Below, piece after piece: positions 15,733-25,287 of a stretch of DNA of 64,000 nt (its first letter is position 1; every line of letters starts with the position of its first letter). The DNA lies in assembly GCA_000436975.1 (NCBI GenBank), contig HG000345.1, positions 3,518 through 67,517 on the forward strand, given 5' to 3'. This DNA is from Clostridium sp. CAG:1000 (GTDB lineage Bacteria > Bacillota_I > Bacilli_A > RF39 > UBA660). The notes below the pieces were generated by a model. That model was not told the origin of the DNA, searched no databases, and worked only from the letters and a program-made list of their open reading frames with translations. Both the position numbers and the translations under genes were made by a program.

Positions 15733-16184
15733 TCTGATACTCCTATTATACTTTTGTATTTTTGTAAAATTTCCTCGATAGTATCATAACTACCCTCTTC
15801 GTATATATCTTTGTTATCGAATAATTTTAAATAATCTTCTAAATACTTTATAAACTCTTTTTGTTGAGATAGACATTCATTTAATTCTCTTTCATACCTA
15901 TCTCTTTTAGATGTTCTATTATGTAAATCACATCTTACAAGTTCTAACTCTTCACTTATATCTTCAACTTGTCTTTTTAATTCATTTTTCTCTGCCATAG
16001 TAGTTTCATAATCTGCTGCTGCATTTAGATATTTTTGTTTTAATTCTTGATTTTCTTTTAAAAGTTCATTAAATTTTTGCTGTTTTAAAGCATTATATTG
16101 TAGTTCTATTTGATTAAGTTCATTTTTAACAAGTTCGTCTTGTACAAGTGTTGTACTGTCTTTATGTAAATAATTTGCTTCCAT
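15729..16184 (-). CDS. hypothetical coiled-coil protein
   Basis: 151-aa ORF with heptad-like Glu/Lys/Leu content; it overlaps its neighbour. Confidence 0.55.
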   Translation of the reverse strand: MEANYLHKDSTTLVQDELVKNELNQIELQYNALKQQKFNELLKENQELKQKYLNAAADYETTMAEKNELKRQVEDISEELELVRCDLHNRTSKRDRYERELNECLSQQKEFIKYLEDYLKLFDNKDIYEEGSYDTIEEILQKYKSIIGVSE

Positions 16185-16206
16185 TTACTCATCACTATCT
16201 ACCTTT

Positions 16207-16554
16207 CTAAGCATCAGCATAAATAATAATTGCTTCATAGTGTGGTACTTTTTTTGCCTTCTTTTGCATTTCTTTTTCATATTCTGCATCAGTCATATTG
16301 GAATATCTAACATCATCAGCAAAATAATCACATAAATCTTCTACATAATCATCTTCGGAAGTATAGATAGTATCGTTTATATCACTTTCATAAATAACAC
16401 CTTTTTCTACTCTTCTAAATTTCATAAAAGTATAACTATAGTCATCGCATATATCTTCACTGCTACAAAAGAATACCAATGGTAATGTAGGATACTCTTT
16501 TACCAATTTTAATAATTCTTTGTTTTGTTTTTCATTTGTTAATTTATTCATCAC
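16207..16554 (-). CDS. hypothetical strongly acidic protein
   Basis: 115 aa with roughly 25 Asp+Glu against 15 Lys+Arg. Confidence 0.55.
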   Translation of the reverse strand: MMNKLTNEKQNKELLKLVKEYPTLPLVFFCSSEDICDDYSYTFMKFRRVEKGVIYESDINDTIYTSEDDYVEDLCDYFADDVRYSNMTDAEYEKEMQKKAKKVPHYEAIIIYADA

Positions 16555-16864
16555 TATAACTTCCTTGTTCTAATTCTTGCATTTTATCTAAAAGGTCATC
16601 AATTTCAAACCATAAGCCACCATTATAACATTTCTTTTTTATACCACTATGCATTTTTGCTATTTTTTTCAAGTTATTCCAATTATCTTTTAGTTGTTTG
16701 TTTTCTTGTTGTAATTGTTCTATATGATTTACTAATAATGCTCCTTGATATTTGCCTAAATCATAAATAAAAGCACCATTTTTAAAACTTGTATATTTAT
16801 CTATATCTTTTAAATCAGTTATTAAGTTATCTAGTGTTTGTTTTTCAAATTCTTCTTCATTCAT
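16544..16864 (-). CDS. hypothetical protein
   Basis: 106-aa ORF overlapping both neighbours. Confidence 0.55.
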   Translation of the reverse strand: MNEEEFEKQTLDNLITDLKDIDKYTSFKNGAFIYDLGKYQGALLVNHIEQLQQENKQLKDNWNNLKKIAKMHSGIKKKCYNGGLWFEIDDLLDKMQELEQGSYSDE

Positions 16865-17315
16865 TTTCTTTATCTCCTAATATTTTCATTATTTTTTCTA
16901 ATTCGTTTGTATCTGCCATTGTATAACATTTATATCCTACTTCTTTTGATATTTTTTCATTTACACAATGCTTATTTATATAATCTCTTACTTTTCTTTT
17001 TTCTTCTTTTTGTTTTTTATTTTCTTGTTGTGATTTACACAATAACTCGCTTAATTTTGAATTTTCCTCTAATTCATCAATATATTTATTAATCGCTTCT
17101 TTTTGCTTTTTTATAACAATTGCTCTACCTTTTTTAAAATCATTATCAGTTAATTCAAACCAACTATTATCTTCTCGCCAGCAACTATAATAATTTTTAA
17201 ATTTTCCAAAGCCTAATCTATCTTCATAATTAATAAATCTAACTTTTGCAATAACATTATTTCCTACTGCCGAGTTTCTAATTGTTTTAATATAATCTCC
17301 TACTTTAGGTTTCAT
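16857..17315 (-). CDS. hypothetical protein
   Basis: 152-aa ORF in the early operon. Confidence 0.55.
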   Translation of the reverse strand: MKPKVGDYIKTIRNSAVGNNVIAKVRFINYEDRLGFGKFKNYYSCWREDNSWFELTDNDFKKGRAIVIKKQKEAINKYIDELEENSKLSELLCKSQQENKKQKEEKRKVRDYINKHCVNEKISKEVGYKCYTMADTNELEKIMKILGDKENE

Positions 17316-17317
17316 AA

Positions 17318-17551
17318 TTATTTTCCTTTCTCAATAAATCTAATTATTTCCTTAAGTTTTGCAATAATAGTATCTTTTTTAATATCAGAAGTTAGGACTA
17401 TGTCAACTAACTTACTATGTATTGAGTCTATTTTTAGTTCATAGTCCTTATTTTCAACCATTAATACTTTTACATCTTGATCGTAAGTATCTTGTAAGCA
17501 CTTTATTTCATTTGTTAAATCAGAATATTGTTTATTTGATAGTATTTTCAT
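17318..17551 (-). CDS. hypothetical protein (MKILSNK N-terminus)
   Basis: 77-aa ORF. Confidence 0.5.
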   Translation of the reverse strand: MKILSNKQYSDLTNEIKCLQDTYDQDVKVLMVENKDYELKIDSIHSKLVDIVLTSDIKKDTIIAKLKEIIRFIEKGK

Positions 17552-17804
17552 CTATAAAATAAATCCTTTCTATTTTGTATCTTTTAGTTCTTATTTTTCC
17601 TTTTGAGATATAAGAATCAATTGTCTTTTTGTTAGAACTGAAAAATTTAGCACAGTTCTTTGAATTTGAAAATATAGCTATCAATTTTTCATTGTCTAAC
17701 ACATCATAAACTGCTATTACACTTTTTCTTTTCATCTCGTCCGGATCACTATTGCATATAGCACGTAATAAATCTAAATATGGTTCATAGATTTTCTTTG
17801 ACAT
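17532..17804 (-). CDS. hypothetical protein, possible small DNA-binding (NUMOD1-like) segment
   Basis: The segment SNSKNCAKFFSSNKKTIDSYISKGK resembles homing-endonuclease-associated HTH modules. Weak, by-eye call. The start was trimmed to MSKKIYEPY. Confidence 0.35.
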   Translation of the reverse strand: MSKKIYEPYLDLLRAICNSDPDEMKRKSVIAVYDVLDNEKLIAIFSNSKNCAKFFSSNKKTIDSYISKGKIRTKRYKIERIYFIDENTIK

Positions 17805-18225
17805 ATTTAATTGCTCTGCTTTCATTAGCACTACTTCTGATACTAGTTTTAATAGTATTTGGAGTTCTTCCTGGACTTAACTTTTTGAGAATATATCTTT
17901 TACTTAAAAGTATATCTTTCTCTTTTATTTGACCTGTAAGTACTTTAACTTGATTTCTTAATTTATTAATTTCTTTAGTAAGTCCACCTTTTGAAGTATT
18001 AGCGCTTTTTAATTTAGTTTCTAACTCTTCTTTTTCTTTTAATATTTTTTCTTTATCCGAAAGTTGATTATTCAAAATGTTGATTTCTTTTAACTGCTCT
18101 ATGTATTTGCTATTCAAACTACTCATAGCTTGTTTATGCTCAGCTTTGTAATTTTCAAACTCTTTTTTTAATTTATTTTTTTCTTCCAAAACCCCATAAA
18201 AATCTTTTTTGTAAAAAATTTTCAT
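17785..18225 (-). CDS. hypothetical coiled-coil protein
   Basis: 146-aa ORF. Confidence 0.5.
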   Translation of the reverse strand: MKIFYKKDFYGVLEEKNKLKKEFENYKAEHKQAMSSLNSKYIEQLKEINILNNQLSDKEKILKEKEELETKLKSANTSKGGLTKEINKLRNQVKVLTGQIKEKDILLSKRYILKKLSPGRTPNTIKTSIRSSANESRAIKYVKENL

Positions 18226-18251
18226 AGTTTTAATTCCTTTCTTTCTTTAGC

Positions 18252-18682
18252 CTAGAAGGGCAAATCATCATCATTGAGATGTATTCCCTCGTTGCTATAT
18301 TCAGTTTTGTAATTTTGTGGTACTTCGTTTAAAACAGAATTATCTGAATTACTAGTTTCGGTTGTTTCCTTTTTACTATCACCAGTAAATTCAGCATTAT
18401 CTACAACTACTTCGCTTACAAATCTTTTATTTCCATCTTTGTCATCATAATTTCTAGTTTGTATTCTTCCAGAAACAGCAATCATTTGACCTTTTAAAAA
18501 GTATTTATTGATAAATTCTCCTGTTCCATGAAATGCTATGCAATTTATAAAATCTGCATCGTATTGACCATCTTTATTTTTGAAATTTCTGTTAACAGCA
18601 ATATTAAAATTTGTAACTGTAGTTTCATTTATTTTTTTTAATTCCGGATTTTTTGTTAATCTTCCGACTAAAATCACTTTAT

Positions 18683-18686
<4 letters not shown>
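18252..18686 (-). CDS. ssb: single-stranded DNA-binding protein
   Basis: OB-fold N-terminus MNKVILVGRLTKNPELK and the canonical acidic tail DDDLPF. Confidence 0.95.
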
Positions 18687-20074
<1,388 letters not shown>

Positions 20075-20084
20075 TTTTCTCCTC

Positions 20085-20312
20085 CTAAATAAAATCTCTA
20101 TCGCTAATACCAACTTGCTCTGCAATTGATATAGGTTTATAGTTATCTTCAATATCTTTTTTATAATCTTCAAATTTTTTTTTCAAAATGTGATAATTAC
20201 TAACTAAATCTTCTAATATGCTAATAACATCATCTTCTTCTAAAGTCATAGGTTCTATTTCATAATCTACTATTTTTTCAATGCCTTTTTTTAAGCTATG
20301 ATCTATATCCAT
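20085..20312 (-). CDS. hypothetical acidic protein
   Basis: 75-aa ORF. Confidence 0.5.
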   Translation of the reverse strand: MDIDHSLKKGIEKIVDYEIEPMTLEEDDVISILEDLVSNYHILKKKFEDYKKDIEDNYKPISIAEQVGISDRDFI

Positions 20313-21143
20313 TTAAGCCACCTTTTCATAACTCATACCATTAGTTTCAATGAATTTTCTTAATGCAAGTAATTGATTCTTTTTACCAGTTATCTTTAAT
20401 GTAAATGTTAGAACTGGTTCTTCTTCTTTTATTTCTACTATTGTTTCAGCCATTTCTTGCATTTTTTCTTCTTTTTGTTCTTCAATTACTTTTTTAGTTT
20501 CTTCTACTTGATTTTTTAAAGCTTCTTCTCTTTGAATTAACTCGCTATTCTTTCTGATAATCATTCCTAAATCAAAATTGTTTAAATAGTCATTTTTAAG
20601 TTCAATTTCGTATTTACTGTGTAATTCACTTATTGTGATTAAATCGTTCCTTATTTTTTCTAATTTGCTTATTAAATCTTTTTCTACATCTTCAATTTTG
20701 AAAGTTTTATTTAAGTATCTTTCATCAAATACTTTTTCAAATTTAAGAACGTCTTTTAATTCTTTTACTTCACTTTCAAAGATTACTAAAATTGCTTTCT
20801 TTTTCTCTTCTTTGTCTTTATTCTCAACTTCTTTAACTATTTCATCAATCTTGCTTGATGAATCTTTTATCATTTCAGTAATTTCTTTTACAACTGTCTT
20901 AAATTCGTCAAATGGTTTCATAAATTCTTTTTCTAACTTAATTCTTTCATCATTTAATTTCTTAGCAGTTCTGTTAAGCATAGCTTTATCTTCTTTTGCT
21001 TTATCAATAGAATTAATATCATAATTCTCAGCTTTATAATCTTCTAACTTATTTTTTATTTCTTCTTTAATTTTTAGTGCATTAGTAGTTAATTCTCCTA
21101 ATGTTAAATTTTCAACTTTTAATTCTAATTTTTGCTCTTCCAT
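20313..21143 (-). CDS. DUF1351-like phage protein (commonly paired with Erf/RecT)
   Basis: Charged coiled-coil protein immediately downstream of erf. The N-terminal pattern is LELKVENLTLGELTTNALKIKEEI. The start was trimmed to MEEQKLELK. Confidence 0.5.
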   Translation of the reverse strand: MEEQKLELKVENLTLGELTTNALKIKEEIKNKLEDYKAENYDINSIDKAKEDKAMLNRTAKKLNDERIKLEKEFMKPFDEFKTVVKEITEMIKDSSSKIDEIVKEVENKDKEEKKKAILVIFESEVKELKDVLKFEKVFDERYLNKTFKIEDVEKDLISKLEKIRNDLITISELHSKYEIELKNDYLNNFDLGMIIRKNSELIQREEALKNQVEETKKVIEEQKEEKMQEMAETIVEIKEEEPVLTFTLKITGKKNQLLALRKFIETNGMSYEKVA

Positions 21144-21144
21144 T

Positions 21145-21861
21145 TTAAAATATGTCTCCTTCATTTTTTATATTTACTTTTGGTTTCTTTTCTAAATGTT
21201 TTACCGCTTGTTCCAATTGCGTAATTGACATTTTTGTATTATTTTCAACTTTATAGGTTTGATAGATTAATTCTTTATTAGTATTGGTTTCTCTTGCTAA
21301 TCTATCAAGTTTCACTATAAGTTCAGTTTTCTTTTTTAATTCCTCCTCTTTTGTCAATCTTTTTACAGCTTGAGGTTTTTGATTTTCTTCATCACCTGTT
21401 TCAACTTTATATGCTTTTAATAATGCGTATTTGTCTGCGTAAGTTAATGCCTTTCCGGGTGCTTTATCTTGACTATCAATTCCATCCCCATAACTTTTAA
21501 TCTCAATATATTCTTCTGGTTTATCCACATTTACAAATCGATATGTTATTTCAAGCCTTATCACAAAATTCTCGACATCTCCGTATTTAGTGTTAAAGGT
21601 TAGTCTATCCTGACTAATTATTTTTCTTTCGGTTGGATAACTATATATTCCTAATTTATTTTCAATAGGCTTAACAGCATTCAAGATGTCAGCTTCTTTT
21701 GTTGCTTTATATTCTGATTTAGTTCCTTCACCAACTTTTAAGTTCTTTTTTACTTTTTGAATTTCCACTGTTGCAAGTGACATTTTTTGAAAAATGTTTA
21801 ATTTAGAATAATCAACATTTTCAACATTTTTTATTTCATTTATTTGTTTTTGTTCTTCCAT
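21145..21861 (-). CDS. erf: Erf-family single-strand annealing protein
   Basis: Contains the Erf-type motif GKALTYADKYALLKAY. 238 aa. Confidence 0.8.
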   Translation of the reverse strand: MEEQKQINEIKNVENVDYSKLNIFQKMSLATVEIQKVKKNLKVGEGTKSEYKATKEADILNAVKPIENKLGIYSYPTERKIISQDRLTFNTKYGDVENFVIRLEITYRFVNVDKPEEYIEIKSYGDGIDSQDKAPGKALTYADKYALLKAYKVETGDEENQKPQAVKRLTKEEELKKKTELIVKLDRLARETNTNKELIYQTYKVENNTKMSITQLEQAVKHLEKKPKVNIKNEGDIF

Positions 21862-22127
21862 ATTTTTTCATTTTCATCCTTTCTAAAATTCCAAATTGAT
21901 ACATAATTTGTAATATTTCTAATTGTAATTTCATCCCAGCCTAATTTTTCGAGGTCAGTTTCAAAATCATTTAAATTTTTCTTCTTTTTAAATAATCTTT
22001 TGTATAATCCAATTATTCGATTTCTATCGATTTTTCTTTTGATGTACAAACTATCTAAATACATATCGAATAATTTCAATTCTTCTTCACTTGTTTTCAT
22101 TCGACACCTGCTATTACATGTTTCCAA
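21840..22127 (-). CDS. hypothetical protein
   Basis: 95-aa basic ORF. Confidence 0.45.
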   Translation of the reverse strand: METCNSRCRMKTSEEELKLFDMYLDSLYIKRKIDRNRIIGLYKRLFKKKKNLNDFETDLEKLGWDEITIRNITNYVSIWNFRKDENEKIWKNKNK

Positions 22128-22630
22128 TAAAGATTTATTCCTTCTTTTTCTTTTTGAGTTAGAATATTTTTCTGTTTTTCCTCTGCGACTATTCTTTTAA
22201 TAAATTTTGGGTATCTTTCATTTATAGTTTCCAATGTTACAGTTCTTAAATCTTCAAATATTTCTGAAGGATTAAATCCTAACTTGCCGCTCATCTTTTT
22301 GATGTACTTTAGATCTAAATCTCTTTCATAGCACTTATCTGCTTCTTCCATCGATTTAAACTTCTTGCCACAATTTGAACATACATATAGTCCCTGAATG
22401 TTTGCTTCCTCTTTTTGAGTAAATGTTTTGAGCGGATAAATAAGAATGCTCAGTGTAGGTGTTTCCTTATCTCCAGAATTAACATAGTTATCAAACTCTT
22501 CTAAGACTTCGTTAAACTCGTAGTCTTTCAATTTGCTGGACCAATTCTCAATTACATCTTCAGTTATGGAGAAGTAAGGATAGAAACTTTTGATTATTTT
22601 TAATAACTTTTCAACTTGTGCTCTATTCAT
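22097..22630 (-). CDS. G39P-like helicase loader candidate with zinc-ribbon-like CSNCGKKF segment
   Basis: The N-terminal pattern VEKLLKIIKSFYPYFSITEDVIENWSSKLKDYEF resembles SPP1 G39P-type loaders. It follows the DnaD-like gene. Confidence 0.35.
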   Translation of the reverse strand: MNRAQVEKLLKIIKSFYPYFSITEDVIENWSSKLKDYEFNEVLEEFDNYVNSGDKETPTLSILIYPLKTFTQKEEANIQGLYVCSNCGKKFKSMEEADKCYERDLDLKYIKKMSGKLGFNPSEIFEDLRTVTLETINERYPKFIKRIVAEEKQKNILTQKEKEGINLYWKHVIAGVE

Positions 22631-23378
22631 TTTCTTCACCCATCCTTGCTCTTGCTCTTGCAAATACTGCATCTAGTTTTCTTTCACTAGCAGACCTTTT
22701 ACCCTTTTTCAAATCTTCTTCAATTTTTTCTAAAGTATCTAATCCGCAATCTTTCCAAGTACTAAGAATGCCTTTAATGTAACTCAGTTTGTTGTGCCCT
22801 TGCTCAAATGCAATCTTATAGGCTTTTAAAATAATTGGTTCTGAATAAGTTTCTACTAAGTTGCTCACTTCTTCAAATTCATAAGGCGTTAAGCTTCTTC
22901 CATAGTTTTTTTCGACAAAATCTAAAATCGAATTTGGGAATGTTTCTTTCTCTTCCTCTTTCCCTGCAACCCTATCTCTATTACTATCTTCATTAGTATT
23001 ACTTTCTTTAGATATAATATTTTTTTTATTTTTATTAAGAGTATTATTATTAACAACTACAATTACATCTGATGTTGTTATTGTTTCGCTTTCATTTTCG
23101 CTTTTGATTTCGCTTTCCACTTCGGTTTTTTTATTTCTCCTAGGACGACCACCTTTAGAACCATTTACTACCTTACTTTTGTACGAAATTATGGGCTTTG
23201 TGATATTTATCCACACATCTTCTTCGTAAGAATTAGGTTCTAAATTAGGTTTTTTATCTTTAAAATACCAATCGAATAATTTACCTAAAAATTCATCTCT
23301 TTTTTCAACATTTTCAATCCTATCAATTAACCGAAACATTTCTATATAAATTGTAAATTGCTTAGGCTGTTTGTTCAT
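22623..23378 (-). CDS. phage replisome organizer with DnaD/DnaB_2 C-terminal domain
   Basis: C-terminal repeat FVEKNYGRSLTPYEFEEV...ILKAYKIAFEQGHNKLSYIKGILSTWKDCGL. Confidence 0.7.
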   Translation of the reverse strand: MNKQPKQFTIYIEMFRLIDRIENVEKRDEFLGKLFDWYFKDKKPNLEPNSYEEDVWINITKPIISYKSKVVNGSKGGRPRRNKKTEVESEIKSENESETITTSDVIVVVNNNTLNKNKKNIISKESNTNEDSNRDRVAGKEEEKETFPNSILDFVEKNYGRSLTPYEFEEVSNLVETYSEPIILKAYKIAFEQGHNKLSYIKGILSTWKDCGLDTLEKIEEDLKKGKRSASERKLDAVFARARARMGEENE

Positions 23379-23379
23379 A

Positions 23380-23637
23380 TTAACCTCTTAAATGAGCATT
23401 GCAGAAAGATTCACTATTCCCACCATTAATACAGCTCTCAACTGCTCTATCGCTCATAGCAACTAATATTTTTATTATTAAAATAACTATTATTGCTCCT
23501 AATATTAAAAGAGTTATTAATGTATTCTTTTCATCTTTTTCTTCTTTGATTTGCTCATCTTTTAATAATGCTCTTTCTCTATTTCTTCTTAACTCTTCTG
23601 AACTTACTATAAATTCTGGTTCATCTATTTTTTTCAT
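23380..23637 (-). CDS. hypothetical single-pass membrane protein
   Basis: 85 aa with a central hydrophobic helix LITLLILGAIIVILIIKILVA. Confidence 0.5.
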   Translation of the reverse strand: MKKIDEPEFIVSSEELRRNRERALLKDEQIKEEKDEKNTLITLLILGAIIVILIIKILVAMSDRAVESCINGGNSESFCNAHLRG

Positions 23638-23766
23638 GTTTAATTTTTCCTTTCAAATATATTTTTTTTGACATAGATTTAACCCCTGTAATTGATTTAT
23701 TCTTCACTTTTTGATATAATTATCAGTGAAGAACTTTTGCGTATGTTCTTCTTTTTTTATGTACAT

Positions 23767-23958
23767 TTAATCGCTCCTTTCTGGTTCTTTAATTAACATC
23801 TTTTTTTCAAAGTACCATTTAGGAACTTTTGCTTTTATAATTATCGTTCCTGGATATTCTCTTTTAAGTCTTGTATTTAATTCTTTAATTAATTTATAAC
23901 TTGCTGATTTTCCCAACCCAGTTAACTTGATAATCTCTTTTGAATCATAAAATTCCAT
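23767..23958 (-). CDS. small HTH DNA-binding protein (excisionase/AlpA-like)
   Basis: 63 aa with the segment SKEIIKLTGLGKSASYKLIKELN. Confidence 0.5.
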   Translation of the reverse strand: MEFYDSKEIIKLTGLGKSASYKLIKELNTRLKREYPGTIIIKAKVPKWYFEKKMLIKEPERSD

Positions 23959-23984
23959 GTTCTCAACTCCTTTCTTTTTATTTC

Positions 23985-24002
23985 AGCGTGGATATTGATA
24001 TT
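23985..24002. repeat. 18-bp element agcgtggatattgatatt (copy 1 of an inverted pair)
   Basis: Its perfect reverse complement occurs at 26613-26630. Confidence 0.9.
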
Positions 24003-24044
24003 TTTCTTATTCTCCTTTACAATGTTTTTGAAAGGAGGTTTTTA

Positions 24045-24416
24045 ATGTCTGATACTATTTGGGTTGCTATCATAGCTGCTGCATCTGCAATTATTCCTCA
24101 ATCGATAAATGCTTATATAAACTATAAAAAAGATGTCAAACTAAAATCGCAAGATATTTATAACCAAAATCGTTTAGATGCAATAAATGAGTTTCTTGAC
24201 TCTACTGGAAGTATTTATTCAGAAGTTGGAATGTCTTTAAAAGAAAAATATAATTTTCAAAAATCTGCTCAAAAATTGTTATTATATTTTCCAAATATTA
24301 GCACCGAAACTTTTAACGAAATATTTGCATCAACCAAAGAATGGAATCCGCAGAAAAGACTTGATACTTTACAGCCATTAATTAAACAACTATCCAAATC
24401 AATAAAAGAAAAATAA
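24045..24416 (+). CDS. membrane-anchored hypothetical protein (lysogeny-direction moron; superinfection-exclusion candidate)
   Basis: ATG at 24045 follows GAAAGGAGG. It has an N-terminal TM helix IWVAIIAAASAIIPQSI. It has its own TTGATA-17-TACAAT promoter (23996-24024) and is oriented opposite to the surrounding early genes. Confidence 0.6.
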   Translation: MSDTIWVAIIAAASAIIPQSINAYINYKKDVKLKSQDIYNQNRLDAINEFLDSTGSIYSEVGMSLKEKYNFQKSAQKLLLYFPNISTETFNEIFASTKEWNPQKRLDTLQPLIKQLSKSIKEK

Positions 24417-24546
24417 TGTATGCTATGATTAAAGATATTGATAAAATTTTAATAGTTTCTCTATCATTATCTTTTTTTCTTTCATTGAAAATAAATATTA
24501 AGTAATATATCGCAATTAATATACTCACTATAATTTTAAATGTCAT
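24382..24546 (-). CDS. 54-aa two-helix hydrophobic peptide downstream of cro-like gene
   Basis: ATG at 24546 follows GGGGGAATAA. The sequence is MTFKIIVSILIAIYYLIFIFNERKKDNDRETIKILSISLIIAYIIFLLLIWIVV. It overlaps the 3' end of 24045..24416 by 35 nt, convergently. It is below the ORF-track cutoff. Confidence 0.35.
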   Translation of the reverse strand: MTFKIIVSILIAIYYLIFIFNERKKDNDRETIKILSISLIIAYIIFLLLIWIVV

Positions 24547-24559
24547 TTATTCCCCCTTA

Positions 24560-24802
24560 TTATCCTTCTTTTTCTTCACTTTGAGTGAAATAAAGTGGTA
24601 AAAAAAATTCATTAATATTGCATCCAATAACACTAGCAATTTCATTTAATTTATTTATTGAATAATTAAATGGATGATTCTTAATATTTATATAAGTTCT
24701 TTCAGTTATATTAAGTTTGCCAGCAATGTCGCTATCTAACAAGCCATATCTTTTTTGGACTGATTTAATATTTCTTATCACTTGCTCTTCATTTGTTTCC
24801 AT
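24560..24802 (-). CDS. Cro-like XRE-family HTH regulator
   Basis: 80 aa, the first gene of the leftward early operon. HTH segment DSDIAGKLNITERTYINIKN. Confidence 0.75.
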   Translation of the reverse strand: METNEEQVIRNIKSVQKRYGLLDSDIAGKLNITERTYINIKNHPFNYSINKLNEIASVIGCNINEFFLPLYFTQSEEKEG

Positions 24803-24823
24803 TTATACCTCCTAACTAATTCA

Positions 24824-24909
24824 ATTGTAATTCACTCAAAGTGAATTGTCAAGCATTTTTCACAAAAAGTGAAAAAAATATTGTAAATTAGTGAAATTTA
24901 TTGTATAAT
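24824..24909. promoter_or_regulatory. divergent lysis/lysogeny switch: leftward TTGACA-17-TACAAT, rightward TTGTAA-17-TGTATAAT, with TTCAC-N5-GTGAA operators
   Basis: The leftward -35 is the revcomp of 24847-24852 and the -10 the revcomp of 24824-24829. Operator ttcactcaaagtgaa (24831-24845) fills that spacer exactly. A second operator, ttcacaaaaagtgaa, is at 24859-24873. A half-site agtgaa lies at 24890-24895. The rightward -35 is at 24881-24886 and the -10 at 24904-24909. An extra copy, ttcactttgagtgaa, lies at 24575-24589. Confidence 0.6.
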
Positions 24910-24930
24910 TCTGTTGTAAGGAGGGGAAGT

Positions 24931-25287
24931 ATGAAGAATTATTTCGCTAAAAATATTAGTTATCTTATTGATAATAATATAATAAGTGTTGAAACAATTT
25001 TGAAAATTACAAATCACAATAGTCCTGGACTAATATCTATGTGGAAATCTGGTGAGCGAAATATAATGACAAATGACTTAATTGCAATCGCAAATTTTTT
25101 AAATTACACAGTAGATGATTTAATAAATAAAGATTTAAGCAAAAAAGATTCAGAACTATCAAAAAGCGAATTAGATGTTCTATTTGATAAACACAAGGAT
25201 ATATTAACTGATGATGATAAAGAAACTATTAAGTTCATTATAGAAAAAAGGAAACGAGAAATTGATAAGGAGTTGGATGGTGAATAA
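24931..25287 (+). CDS. CI-like XRE-family repressor (ImmR-like)
   Basis: ATG at 24931 follows AGGAGGGGAAGT. HTH-type N-terminus. First gene of the rightward operon that ends with the integrase. Confidence 0.7.
   Translation: MKNYFAKNISYLIDNNIISVETILKITNHNSPGLISMWKSGERNIMTNDLIAIANFLNYTVDDLINKDLSKKDSELSKSELDVLFDKHKDILTDDDKETIKFIIEKRKREIDKELDGE

Noticed and set aside
16838-17092. Plus-strand ORF of Phe/Leu/Ile repeats
   Set aside because: It is the antisense of Lys/Glu-rich early genes and a low-complexity artefact.
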